Virus record (IMG/VR): IMGVR_UViG_3300030116_003118
Coordinates: 20,495 to 84,494 of that record
Direction: 5' to 3' (one strand)
Origin: a virus
DNA length: 64,000 nucleotides
The first letter of the stretch is position 1, and each line of letters begins with the position of its first letter. Shown here piece after piece: positions 38,791 to 48,590 of the stretch. The notes under the pieces are model-generated. The model saw only the letters and a list, made by a program, of their open reading frames with translations, did not search any database and was not told where the DNA came from. The position numbers were made by a program, and so were the translations under genes.

Positions 38791-40120
38791 TTATGAATAT
38801 AAGCAAGCGTGTACCGTAGTTATTAACTCGGCAGACGACAATGCTAGTAGTAAACAAATTACTGACATTGATATATATTCTACCTATGAATTGGGAGAAA
38901 GAACCTATGTGCGCACAAGACCTGCTTTCAGAAGAGAAATAACTTGTCACTTGACACGTTCAAGAAAGAAGGGCGACCCTTTAGTTATGGGTATTGCTGA
39001 TGCTCTATCGGGTTTCTTAAAGATAAATGGTAACAATGGAAGAAGTTATTGGTCTCCGCCAAAGAAGTTTAAGATAGCAATAGTATTCCCAAACGTTGTT
39101 GATGAGGCCAATGGCGGGCCAATGATTCTAACAATAGAAAAGAAAGACCCATACTATTATCTGATGAATAACAGAATGACCAAGAAGAATATGATGGTCA
39201 CAATTGCGAGAACAGTTTATCGTTCTTGTTTTGAAGATAATGCTATCACATTAATGCAATACATGTTTAACATGATTATATTGCCTGAGAATGTAAAGTA
39301 TGCATTGGAGAACCGTACTCCTTATTTCTTTATTCGTGACCCTTTTAACAAAGAGGGAATGCGTGAAAGAATAGAAGTAAGATTAAACACTGAAATGATT
39401 TCACCATCAGAAGCGGCATTAGAAATATCTGATGGAGTTTGGGCTCCAATTTCTGTAAAGGACTTAGATATATTCATTAACTTTCATTACCATAATCATA
39501 AGCGTTCTACCAAATGGATGTTAAGTCCCAAAGGTCTTTGGAAGAAACTAATTGGTTCTGAACCCACAGAATCACAAGTCCATCTTATGATGGAGTTTCT
39601 AACACAAAACCGTACTTCTGATTTGATTGAAGAAAGAGCGCAACAGTTGATGAAAGATTTGGTAACAAAATATCCTGATAGAATTAGAATTGTAAAGTAT
39701 CTAAACCACAAGAAGAAAGAGATAACTGCAATGTTGGTTCGTGGAAAGATGGCAGATTGGATTATCATAGACTCTGAATATAAAACTCAGATTCAAAAGG
39801 TAAAGACATATGTGTATATCTCAAGCGAAGTAATTCAATATGATTTGGATAATAACTACAGACATGACCACAATGAGTTTGAAAGTGGTGTTTTGCGTGG
39901 GCCAATCTGTATTGACAATGTTCACACAAATACTAGTTTGGGAGACCAATATGCGGCTAGAGCATTAGCACTTCTAAACGATAAGATGACTGTTAAGTTG
40001 GTTAACACCATTGCTAGATATATTCCAAAGATTATGCTAGACGGTGACCGTGAATCGAGATTCCAGTTTGAGGAAATAACTGGTGAAATGCTAAATGATA
40101 AATTAGGAAGTGTTAGATGA
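38765..40120 (+). CDS. Hypothetical protein (C-terminal PICID...GDQ.AARAL.L.ND)
   Basis: 451 aa ORF. Confidence 0.8.
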   Translation: MRVMLMLSNYEYKQACTVVINSADDNASSKQITDIDIYSTYELGERTYVRTRPAFRREITCHLTRSRKKGDPLVMGIADALSGFLKINGNNGRSYWSPPKKFKIAIVFPNVVDEANGGPMILTIEKKDPYYYLMNNRMTKKNMMVTIARTVYRSCFEDNAITLMQYMFNMIILPENVKYALENRTPYFFIRDPFNKEGMRERIEVRLNTEMISPSEAALEISDGVWAPISVKDLDIFINFHYHNHKRSTKWMLSPKGLWKKLIGSEPTESQVHLMMEFLTQNRTSDLIEERAQQLMKDLVTKYPDRIRIVKYLNHKKKEITAMLVRGKMADWIIIDSEYKTQIQKVKTYVYISSEVIQYDLDNNYRHDHNEFESGVLRGPICIDNVHTNTSLGDQYAARALALLNDKMTVKLVNTIARYIPKIMLDGDRESRFQFEEITGEMLNDKLGSVR

Positions 40121-40908
40121 ATTGTATTAATTGTAGTAGCAACATCATAGATTATGATGAGTTTTTAGATGAGTTTGTATGTGGGGAATGTAGGCTTGTA
40201 TTGGTAAATAGAATCCATGAGGATGTGATACCAATCACCTACAAACCCAATGTAACAGAAGTTAGAAAAACTATGGACAGGCTACAAACAGAGGTAAATA
40301 TGATTACGTCTGAGTATGTATTAAGTTCCGAAGTCCAAGAGGATTTATATTGGATAATGAAAGAACATACAGAAAGAGACTCTTCATATTTGTCTGAAAA
40401 TTTTGTTGATGTAATGGCAAAAGCAATAGTGCATCATGTGTTTAAGTTACACATGATACCTAACGACATAAAAAAATCAATGTATAACTATGAGAAAAAA
40501 CATTTCAAGAGATATCTAAAAGACGTTAAAAGATATATTGATACTCCGTGGTGGAGACATAATAGCCCGGAACGTTCTCTTGACCCTATACTTTCAAATC
40601 TCTATATGTTCAAAGAGTCTTACAAAGACCGAGCAAAGCAATTAATATTCTATATGGATAGAGTGCTTCAAGATGAAGGTATAGGTCAACTGATGTCAAA
40701 CTACGCTATGATGGTGTATGTTCATATTCAGTTGGATAGAGAAATGCAAAATTGGATTGTAATAGATGAGATTGCTAGGGTTTTCTTTACAACCCCACAG
40801 GCAATAAAAAACAGATGGAAAAATTATATGAATTTATTCCATGTTTCAAAGGAAGGCTTTCAGAACTTAACCTTTGAAGAATTTATACTAGGTGTAAGAT
40901 ATGAATGA
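40117..40908 (+). CDS. Divergent TFB/TFIIB-like transcription factor
   Basis: N-terminal CINC...VCGEC.LV Zn ribbon; C-terminal IARVFFTTPQAIKNRWK resembles the TFIIB cyclin-repeat HTH. Confidence 0.65.
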   Translation: MNCINCSSNIIDYDEFLDEFVCGECRLVLVNRIHEDVIPITYKPNVTEVRKTMDRLQTEVNMITSEYVLSSEVQEDLYWIMKEHTERDSSYLSENFVDVMAKAIVHHVFKLHMIPNDIKKSMYNYEKKHFKRYLKDVKRYIDTPWWRHNSPERSLDPILSNLYMFKESYKDRAKQLIFYMDRVLQDEGIGQLMSNYAMMVYVHIQLDREMQNWIVIDEIARVFFTTPQAIKNRWKNYMNLFHVSKEGFQNLTFEEFILGVRYE

Positions 40909-41491
40909 AAATAAAAGAAAAATAATGATAATAGGTGTAGGAGGGATAGGTAGTTATCTAGCCCCTCTTTTGAAAAAGGTTGGTATATACTCAATGTATT
41001 TGGCTGACCCTGATATAGTAGAGGATAAGAATCTGTTGTATCAAAACTTTAGTAAGGCTACTGTAGGCCAAAAGAAGGTTGATTCTCTTTCGGGAATTAG
41101 TGTTGGTCATGTAAGAAGCCCTTACAATATATTGACAGATGCACAAATCAAAGGTTCTAAATCTGATTTGGTAGTATGCTGTGCAGACAACTTAGACATT
41201 AGAAGACTTTTGTACCGACAAGGATTTCAAGATGATGCTAAAGTTAAGTGGTTAGATTTAAGAGCGCAAGGTAGAAATGGGGCATTGATTAGTTATTTAA
41301 CTGACCCCAAGTTTAGCGATATGTTCTTACAAGGGCCGGATGGTTCTTTCTCCTGTCAAGGAGACCAAGAAGAAATAACACCAGAAACCGTACATTTTAC
41401 CCATGTTGCAGTAGCAGGTATGGCCGCACAATGGATTCAAAGATGGTTTAATGGTGAAGAAGTAAAAGATAAAATGGTGATAAATATATGA
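40901..41491 (+). CDS. ThiF/MoeB/E1-like activating enzyme
   Basis: IIGVGGIGS, DPDIVEDKNLLYQNF, GQKKV, DLVVCCADN..IR; candidate catalytic Cys in FSCQ. Confidence 0.9.
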   Translation: MNENKRKIMIIGVGGIGSYLAPLLKKVGIYSMYLADPDIVEDKNLLYQNFSKATVGQKKVDSLSGISVGHVRSPYNILTDAQIKGSKSDLVVCCADNLDIRRLLYRQGFQDDAKVKWLDLRAQGRNGALISYLTDPKFSDMFLQGPDGSFSCQGDQEEITPETVHFTHVAVAGMAAQWIQRWFNGEEVKDKMVINI

Positions 41492-42213
41492 GTTGGAAAT
41501 GGACAAAAGAAGAAAAGGACTTTCTGTGGAAGATTGCACATAGTAAGATGGATGACGGTAAATTACTACCAGACCCATTAGTGGTGCATTTTTACAATCA
41601 GAAATTCCATGATAGAAAAAGAAGTGTAAAAGCAATTGACCATCAGTTGCGAAAACTAAATAAAGAAAAGGAAAATCTAATGAAGATTGAAAAGAAAGTC
41701 ATGGGAAGTAACCATGAAAAGATAGAAAAAGAGGTAAAGAAGATGACAGAAAAACAGTTTCCTACAATGGAAAAAGTAAGAAAGAAACACCCGCGTCACT
41801 ATCCTACGCAGAATAGTGGTATGGGTTGGACTCCTTCTGATGATAAGTATTTGTTGGCTAATTGGTCAGCAAATGACGCAAAAAGAAATTCTACTGCAAA
41901 GCATCTAGGTAGAACACTACATGCTTGTAGAAGCAGACTTTTGAAAATCAGAAAGAATCCTGAATACATGAATAGCATATTGGTTCAAAGCCATGAAGTT
42001 ACCATGCAGGATAAGGGAGTATATTTGGGTTCAGCAGAAATGAATCCAGTGAACTTTAATGACACAAAGAAAGAAGTTAAAGTTAGCAACAGTGCTAGAA
42101 AGCCCGGTCTGCTAGAGCGACTGCTCGATTGGTTGATTCATCGAGGGGAGCGAAAGCATGAGAAGAAGATTCAAAAGGCTGAAGCCAAGTTGCTAAGATT
42201 GCGTGGTGAATGA
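41488..42213 (+). CDS. Protein with two Myb/SANT-like HTH repeats
   Basis: WTKEEKDFL...RSVKAI and WTPSDDKYL...LGRTLHACRSRL. Confidence 0.7.
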   Translation: MSWKWTKEEKDFLWKIAHSKMDDGKLLPDPLVVHFYNQKFHDRKRSVKAIDHQLRKLNKEKENLMKIEKKVMGSNHEKIEKEVKKMTEKQFPTMEKVRKKHPRHYPTQNSGMGWTPSDDKYLLANWSANDAKRNSTAKHLGRTLHACRSRLLKIRKNPEYMNSILVQSHEVTMQDKGVYLGSAEMNPVNFNDTKKEVKVSNSARKPGLLERLLDWLIHRGERKHEKKIQKAEAKLLRLRGE

Positions 42214-42705
42214 ATGATGAGTAATGTTGACGGCTTAGAAATCAGAATCCCTGATTGGAAAGATAAGATAGAATTTTCATACCGTGTGAATACACAACAA
42301 GGATTCCATGATTCTATATGGAACATGTCACAATATGCGTTTGATATTCCCAGAGAGGTTCAAGTGGTGATTGATGACAATGATAAACTTCATATCAGTG
42401 TCGGAACCCCCGGATTTGTATCCTTTGATGGGCAATTCCCAACAGGAATGAAGTTACCGCTAAAAGAGTGGATTCACACACATCCATTCGGTCAAGCGTA
42501 TTTTAGTGCGACTGATAAGAACACGGTGAACATATGGCATTCTAAACTAAACTCTGCTACGGTACTTGGAAAGTATCAAAAAGCAGTTTTAAGATTTAGA
42601 TATAATGATGAAGGTCATCATCTATACACGTTTTCTGAGCGTGAGAATAGATGGAATACTGTCAATAGCGTTATGGAAACGCTTTGGAATGAAGAAGAAG
42701 AGTGA
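42214..42705 (+). CDS. JAB/JAMM metalloprotease
   Basis: Upstream E (REVQV) and WIHTHP....FSATD = HxH-x7-S-x2-D. Confidence 0.85.
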   Translation: MMSNVDGLEIRIPDWKDKIEFSYRVNTQQGFHDSIWNMSQYAFDIPREVQVVIDDNDKLHISVGTPGFVSFDGQFPTGMKLPLKEWIHTHPFGQAYFSATDKNTVNIWHSKLNSATVLGKYQKAVLRFRYNDEGHHLYTFSERENRWNTVNSVMETLWNEEEE

Positions 42706-42890
42706 TAAGATGTTTGGACAAGAAGCAAGCAAAGTAAAGGTGGAAGACGTTGATTGTGGTGATGAAACCATTCTACGTCTGATGCGTGATGGCGAAGTAT
42801 TCGCTCACGTTACAATAAAAAAGAGTGGGAATTCCCACACGTTTGATGTAATGCAAAGAAACATTACATCAGATAATGGAAGTGGAACGG

Positions 42891-43331
42891 ATGAGTAAAG
42901 TAAACCTAGTAGTATTGTTGATGTTATCAACAGTAATAGCAGGTTGTGCTGAAGCAATTCCTGACCCTCCAACGGTTGTTGAAGGAGCAAATGCCCCAGA
43001 GTGGGAATATCTTAATGCAACATATACAGTAATGGTTGATGATAATAATTCAACCGTTCCTGTAGTTGTTCTTGGTAACAACAGCACATGGCTACAGGTT
43101 GATTCCTTTAGGCTAAATGCTACGCACATGAGTTTTGTGACAGAAGACAATGCTATTGTCTTTAACAATAAGTCCTTTACTCTAAGTGGGTATCTATCCC
43201 AAGACGGGATAATTTGGGAAGATGGGTATGCACCTATGATGGGTAACAGTACCCTTTTCTTTCCTAAGTTCCCATATGATATAACTGTAGAATATTCGGT
43301 TGTATATCGTGAATGGACAGGCATGGAGTGA
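42891..43331 (+). CDS. Predicted lipoprotein
   Basis: Signal peptide ending VIAGC lipobox; several NxS/T sequons. Confidence 0.7.
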   Translation: MSKVNLVVLLMLSTVIAGCAEAIPDPPTVVEGANAPEWEYLNATYTVMVDDNNSTVPVVVLGNNSTWLQVDSFRLNATHMSFVTEDNAIVFNNKSFTLSGYLSQDGIIWEDGYAPMMGNSTLFFPKFPYDITVEYSVVYREWTGME

Positions 43332-43755
43332 TAGTGTGGCAAAGGCAATAACAGTTAAGTTTCCTGCACCTATGCCCGCAGAAATACCTTGTCCTATTTG
43401 TGCCAAAGGAGATGGTAAAAAAGGATTAGGGTGTGTCGGTTGTGGTTGGGAAGGTAAACTAAAAGTAACTGTTGATGCTAAAATACCAATTCAAAGAGTG
43501 CATATTATACAATATGTCGCTGATAATTTAAGTGCGGTTTCGTCTGAATTAACTCGTTTGTACGGGTTAGTTCCTGAGGTTCATACCTTAGAAGTAATTG
43601 ATGGTGAATTGGGTCAATACGAAATTGTACAAATTAGCAGTTTAGGTGGGGCAGTTTGGATAGCAAATAGACTAGATGAGTTTGAGGCTCCACAATACAT
43701 GTATAACATGAAAGATGTAAATTCCTTTAAGGAGGGTTTGATTCGTGAAAGATGA
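43300..43755 (+). CDS. Protein with DnaJ-like CxxC..G motifs
   Basis: CPICAKG...CVGCGWEG. Confidence 0.65.
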   Translation: MYIVNGQAWSDSVAKAITVKFPAPMPAEIPCPICAKGDGKKGLGCVGCGWEGKLKVTVDAKIPIQRVHIIQYVADNLSAVSSELTRLYGLVPEVHTLEVIDGELGQYEIVQISSLGGAVWIANRLDEFEAPQYMYNMKDVNSFKEGLIRER

Positions 43756-44011
43756 AAGAACAATAGCAAGAATACCAAGAAATGCTTCTGATGAATTAGT
43801 AATCAGAACAGCAAATTTTTGGAATATAGACATAATAGATATGCGTTGGTATAAGAATGGGGAACCAACCCGTAAAGGTTTGAGAGTAAATATGGAAGAG
43901 GGTAAGACTCTTCTGAAAGCAATAAGAAAAGCAATAGGTGATAATGATGATAATAAACAACAAGAAGTTGAATATAACGAGCAAGAACCAAGTGAAGAAG
44001 GTATTGAATGA
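43745..44011 (+). CDS. PC4/p15-like ssDNA-binding protein
   Basis: IIDMRWY...PTRKGLRVN; acidic tail. Confidence 0.75.
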   Translation: MKDERTIARIPRNASDELVIRTANFWNIDIIDMRWYKNGEPTRKGLRVNMEEGKTLLKAIRKAIGDNDDNKQQEVEYNEQEPSEEGIE

Positions 44012-44207
44012 ATTTCTACCTGATGTATACAAATCTTCTATGGTTTTTGATGAAATAAAAGAATGTATTGAAGACTACGTTATGGCGTTGATGATTTCAA
44101 CCGTAGCCGTTCATGCAGAATCTAGCCGTAAAAAGTTAGATGTAGACCATATACGCTCTGCGGTGGTCTTATTAAAAAGAGGTGATGGACATTTTGAGCA
44201 GAACTGA
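43938..44207 (+). CDS. Candidate histone-fold protein
   Basis: QVKKVL, long central helix, then AESSRKKLDVDHIRSAV resembling the RKT-x-D loop and helix 3. Confidence 0.5.
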   Translation: MIMMIINNKKLNITSKNQVKKVLNEFLPDVYKSSMVFDEIKECIEDYVMALMISTVAVHAESSRKKLDVDHIRSAVVLLKRGDGHFEQN

Positions 44208-44678
44208 ATGGTGTATGTGTTGGAGAACCAAATGGGAGTTTGAACACATGGCCGATGATAAGGGCGGTTGTAAACACTGTGGCAAAAAGATTCAGCATTT
44301 CTATATTACAACATATGAGGCGGGACAGTGACAGTTTGTTTTAGATGCAATGAAGATAAGGAGCAGTTACTTGCAATAGATAACCCAAGAATAGGGTTCA
44401 AAGATACTGTGTGTTTTGAGTGTGTTGTTACTACACTTAAAGATTATAAAAAGATGCAAGGTATTGAACTAGTAAATAGACTATTCAATTCGGAGAGTGA
44501 GGCAAATGAAGTTCAAAGTGAATGATTTGTTAGTTAATAGACATACCCATAGAAAGGCTATTGTTGATTCAATAGAAGCAGATTGGCCTATACCAATATA
44601 TGTTCTTGAATATCAAGATGGTAATGGTGGGCAACTTAGAATCAACATGCGCTATGAAAAACATTGGGAGAAGGTTGA

Positions 44679-46223
44679 ATGAAGTTTTCTGCATTTGCTA
44701 GACTATGTGAAAGTTTGGAGTATGTATCTCCTACTACTAAAGTAAATTTAGTTAGTCAGGCAATGAAAGATATCAATACTAATAATATTATATTGATGAA
44801 AGTTCTTGCATTAGAATTTCCCATTTCCAACATAGGTTCTAAGAGAGTGCAGAAATGGGTTTGTACTGCTCTAGGTATTTTTGATGATGAGTTAGATGAT
44901 TCTATTTATACTTGGGGAGATTTAGCAGAAGCAGTTGCTCAAATAGATGAGGGTAATGAAACTGATTCTAATTATTCTTTGGCGGCAGTTTATTCTATGC
45001 TGTGTTTAGATTATAGTAGAATGGAAGGTAGTAATACTTATGATGTTTTTCAAAAAGCATTCAACTCCTTTAGTGCTAGAGAAAAGAAATGGTTCATTAG
45101 GTACTGGCTGAGAACACCCCGAAATGGTATCAGCAACAAAATACCTTTGAAGATTCTAGGAAAAAGATATCATTATAAACTAAAAGACATAGAATACTTT
45201 AGAATGTTTAATGATGTAGGTACTATAACAGAAGCATTAGAAGGCGGTTATCAACCTGAATGTAAATTAGAACATGGAGTGTTTGTATCTCCAATGCTTG
45301 CTAAACCTAGAAAGGGACAGGAAAGACCAGATAAATATATCATTGATGTAAAGTATGATGGTAACAGATATCAGATTCATAAGAAAGGTGAGGACATTAT
45401 TATTTTTAATCGTAAAGGAAAGATTGTTACAGCGCAGTTTCCTGATGTCGTAGAATCAGTTTCTCATTTTGAGATAGATGATGCAATATTAGATACTGAA
45501 ATATATCCTATTAATCCAAGAGGCGGCGAACCTGCTGAACATAAGTTAATGGCAAAAAGAGTACATAAGAAAAATATTGCAGAAGCAGTAGAACAATGCC
45601 CAGTACAATTAGCAGTTTTTGATGTATTGTCTATCAATGGAGAAGTCTGTATTGATATGGTTTTTTCCGAGAGATTAATACGATTGAAACAATTTGTACC
45701 TGATGTATTTCAAGCAAAGCGATTTGAGTCCGAAAGTATTAAGGCGGCATATAACCTAGCAATTGATTGGGGTTATGAAGGTATTATGATTAAAGATGCT
45801 GATATGGCTTACCAAGCAGGTAAGAGAAGCAAGGGATGGTTAAAGTATAAGCCACCACTAATCGAACTAGATGTTGTCATTACTTCTGCTTCATATGGTG
45901 AAGGCAAAAGAAGTAATGTCTTTGGAACATTTGGTATTTCTGTAAAGGATGGTTCTGACTATGTACCCGTAGGTAAAGTTGGAACAGGATTTTCTGATTG
46001 GGACTTAGATTTCTTAACAAAAGAGTTAAGAAAGAATGTTGATTACTTTGAAGGAGATACCTATTATTTTCTCCCAAGAGTTGTATTGACTGTAAGAAGT
46101 GATTTAGTTTCAACGGATGCTAAAGGAAACATCGGGCTTCGATTTCCAAGAAGCCGCGCTATCCGTCACGACAAGTTTGCTTCTGACGCTGATACGCTGA
46201 CAAGACTACAGGAGATGGCATAA
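44679..46223 (+). CDS. lig: ATP-dependent DNA ligase
   Basis: KYDGNR, LDTE, VFDVL, EGIMIK, WLKYK, LRFPR. Confidence 0.95.
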   Translation: MKFSAFARLCESLEYVSPTTKVNLVSQAMKDINTNNIILMKVLALEFPISNIGSKRVQKWVCTALGIFDDELDDSIYTWGDLAEAVAQIDEGNETDSNYSLAAVYSMLCLDYSRMEGSNTYDVFQKAFNSFSAREKKWFIRYWLRTPRNGISNKIPLKILGKRYHYKLKDIEYFRMFNDVGTITEALEGGYQPECKLEHGVFVSPMLAKPRKGQERPDKYIIDVKYDGNRYQIHKKGEDIIIFNRKGKIVTAQFPDVVESVSHFEIDDAILDTEIYPINPRGGEPAEHKLMAKRVHKKNIAEAVEQCPVQLAVFDVLSINGEVCIDMVFSERLIRLKQFVPDVFQAKRFESESIKAAYNLAIDWGYEGIMIKDADMAYQAGKRSKGWLKYKPPLIELDVVITSASYGEGKRSNVFGTFGISVKDGSDYVPVGKVGTGFSDWDLDFLTKELRKNVDYFEGDTYYFLPRVVLTVRSDLVSTDAKGNIGLRFPRSRAIRHDKFASDADTLTRLQEMA

Positions 46224-46224
46224 A

Positions 46225-46722
46225 ATGATTAAAGCGGGTGATATAACGCTAATAAACAATTTGCCGTATAATTGTATTAAAATCGAAGGCGAAACGGCAT
46301 ATTTGAAACTAGTCGGGGAGGAACGTAGGGGTCGTTTCCGAAAGATGGATGCGAAAATGGTTCCCTACCTAGACGAAAATAAAAACTTAATCGTTCCAAA
46401 GGCCAAACCCTTCTCAAGAAGACGTATGTTGAGTTTCAAGTTTATGGATATAGTCAAAGAAGAAGTTGAATTAGGTATATCTCATGATTTGCCTTATGCT
46501 ATAGCCGAATGGTTAGATTCCATCATAAGAGAGTTAGCAACCAAAGCAGAGATAAACGCTCATACGCAACGTAAGAAGGTTATAGATGCAAGTCATTGGT
46601 ATTGGCTAGAAATGAGTCCGACTCAAGGTATAGGTCATTGGCCTGAAAATAGAGAGTATGCTAATGACCATAAAAAATGGCTGATGGAACAAGACAATGA
46701 AATAAAATTTGAGGAAGAATGA
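46225..46722 (+). CDS. Protein with candidate C-terminal histone fold
   Basis: ISHDLPYAIAEWLDSIIRELATKAEINAHTQRKKVIDASH. Confidence 0.5.
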   Translation: MIKAGDITLINNLPYNCIKIEGETAYLKLVGEERRGRFRKMDAKMVPYLDENKNLIVPKAKPFSRRRMLSFKFMDIVKEEVELGISHDLPYAIAEWLDSIIRELATKAEINAHTQRKKVIDASHWYWLEMSPTQGIGHWPENREYANDHKKWLMEQDNEIKFEEE

Positions 46723-47121
46723 ATGTTTAGTAAAGGACAGTTAGAAGGAATTTTGTTATCCTTGACAAAACCAGAAGTGCATATGTCAAGGTCTGATGAT
46801 ACCTCTATTGGATATAGAGTTAGAGTTAGAATAAATTTTAGAGGTAGTGAAGAGTTTTTATTGGCTCTTGGCGACACCTTACATAAAAGAGGTATTAAAT
46901 ATACCTTCAAAGAAAAAGAACATAAGAGTAGGCCAAGACCAATATTAACAGTTGGCGGTTTGGTAAACATATGGAAACTTTGTCAGTTAGTACCAGATGA
47001 TTTACCAGACTCAAAAAATATGTGGGCAGACTTTAAAGAAATTATAAGATTAATAGATAATGGTGAACACTTAACCTTAGAAGGGTTTGAAAAGATTTTA
47101 GAACTAAAGGGCGAAATCTAA
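46723..47121 (+). CDS. Degenerate LAGLIDADG-like protein
   Basis: QLEGILLS (no acidic-Gly), IGYRVR, GEHLTLEGFEKILELK. Confidence 0.6.
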   Translation: MFSKGQLEGILLSLTKPEVHMSRSDDTSIGYRVRVRINFRGSEEFLLALGDTLHKRGIKYTFKEKEHKSRPRPILTVGGLVNIWKLCQLVPDDLPDSKNMWADFKEIIRLIDNGEHLTLEGFEKILELKGEI

Positions 47122-47327
47122 TGTTCACAAAACAAGATGTAGAAAAGTTAGCGTGGTTTGCAGAAGACACTATAAAACAAGGATGTCGAGAGTGTAAATA
47201 TGACCAACTTGCATTTACAGCAGCAATCAGTATTGAACCGTTTTCCAGAGTATTTTTTCTGGATATTGATTGTCCTAAATGCGGTGCATCTTATAAAGAA
47301 ATAATGAATATGGAAGAGATTAAATGA
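47121..47327 (+). CDS. Small Zn-ribbon protein
   Basis: CREC...CPKC. Confidence 0.65.
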   Translation: MFTKQDVEKLAWFAEDTIKQGCRECKYDQLAFTAAISIEPFSRVFFLDIDCPKCGASYKEIMNMEEIK

Positions 47328-48160
47328 TAGGAATGGAAATAAAAAGACCGATAATTATTGTTGGTAAAGAAGGAACTCCCAAGCAACAGAAGGCTATGGA
47401 GTATCTTAGTGCCGACCCGATTATCAAATATGCTAATGAATATGATGTTGTTGATAATAATAGTATTTCTTTAGAAAGAGGCATCTTAATTAAAGATGTG
47501 ACATACAAACCAAATATAGAATTAATTATTGATTCTATCAATAACTATAGAGGACAGATAGTTATACTATCAAATAACCAAAAAGACGTACCAAAGAAAA
47601 TATTTGAAAAGTGTAAACTAAAGAGAGCAACAAAGAATGTGATGCGTGAAGAAATAGAACAGATTGCACCCGGCTCCAATGATATTGGTGTTGAAAGCCA
47701 AAACATATTTTCTTTGCTTTCTTATTACTGTAAAGAAACTGATAGGGATAGCGTAGTCTCTGAACTCAAATGGAGTAAACCTTTTGATGAGCAGATTTTA
47801 CATTGGGTATCTATGAATATTGGTATTCATAAAGTAGCATACATTGATGCGAAGGTAAAAAGAAGATGGGGCCAAGATTACTTTTATGAGTTGTTAGGTT
47901 ATGCACATGATGGTAAACTAGTATCTAGGCCAAAGTTTCCTGATAGGAAGAAAAAGAACCACAAAGCAGGAATCTGTAGAAAACTAAAACTAAGAACTAG
48001 TGATTATTATTTGCTAGAGCAATTAGTTAAAGATAAAGACTTCGCTAAGTATGCTAGTAAGAAGTTGAATAACTTAGAAAGAAGAGTGCTTAGATTGCCT
48101 GAGCCTGTTAAGAAGAAAAGAAAACTAGTTAGAAAGATTCCAACACTGGGGGATTTTTAA
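47324..48160 (+). CDS. Putative degenerate clamp-loader large subunit
   Basis: Eroded Walker A IIIVGKEGTPK; C-terminal PIP-like IPTLGDF; near RFC small subunit. Confidence 0.5.
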   Translation: MIGMEIKRPIIIVGKEGTPKQQKAMEYLSADPIIKYANEYDVVDNNSISLERGILIKDVTYKPNIELIIDSINNYRGQIVILSNNQKDVPKKIFEKCKLKRATKNVMREEIEQIAPGSNDIGVESQNIFSLLSYYCKETDRDSVVSELKWSKPFDEQILHWVSMNIGIHKVAYIDAKVKRRWGQDYFYELLGYAHDGKLVSRPKFPDRKKKNHKAGICRKLKLRTSDYYLLEQLVKDKDFAKYASKKLNNLERRVLRLPEPVKKKRKLVRKIPTLGDF

Positions 48161-48399
48161 TGGCAGGTAAGTTAAAGCATGAACATAGAATTAGAGCCGC
48201 AGAGGAATATGGAAGAAAGTTTAAACAACAGCACTTTCATATCAAAACTCTTGTGGAATGGTGTAATAATTACAAGAGTCAAAGAGGTAAGATTCATAGA
48301 TTTACACAAACAAATAATCAACAGATGGGCAACATATTAAAAATGCATAAGGATTTCGTATATGTGAAACCCTCCACTTGGAAATATGTAGGTGAATAA
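48160..48399 (+). CDS. Small basic winged-helix-like protein
   Basis: Tiled ORF. Confidence 0.55.
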   Translation: MAGKLKHEHRIRAAEEYGRKFKQQHFHIKTLVEWCNNYKSQRGKIHRFTQTNNQQMGNILKMHKDFVYVKPSTWKYVGE

Positions 48400-48590
48400 A
48401 TGACTATTTGGTACTGTGGAGAAAAATCTAAGCACCAAATAGAAACCTGTATAGTTTGCAAACATGAGAACAGACAGTTGTTTGGAATAAGAACCTTTGT
48501 TGAAATAGATAAAGGTTATGTATGTATTCCCTGTATAAATGTATTTGTAAATGATTATATTGTAATGATGAACCCGTGGGATAAATCACT

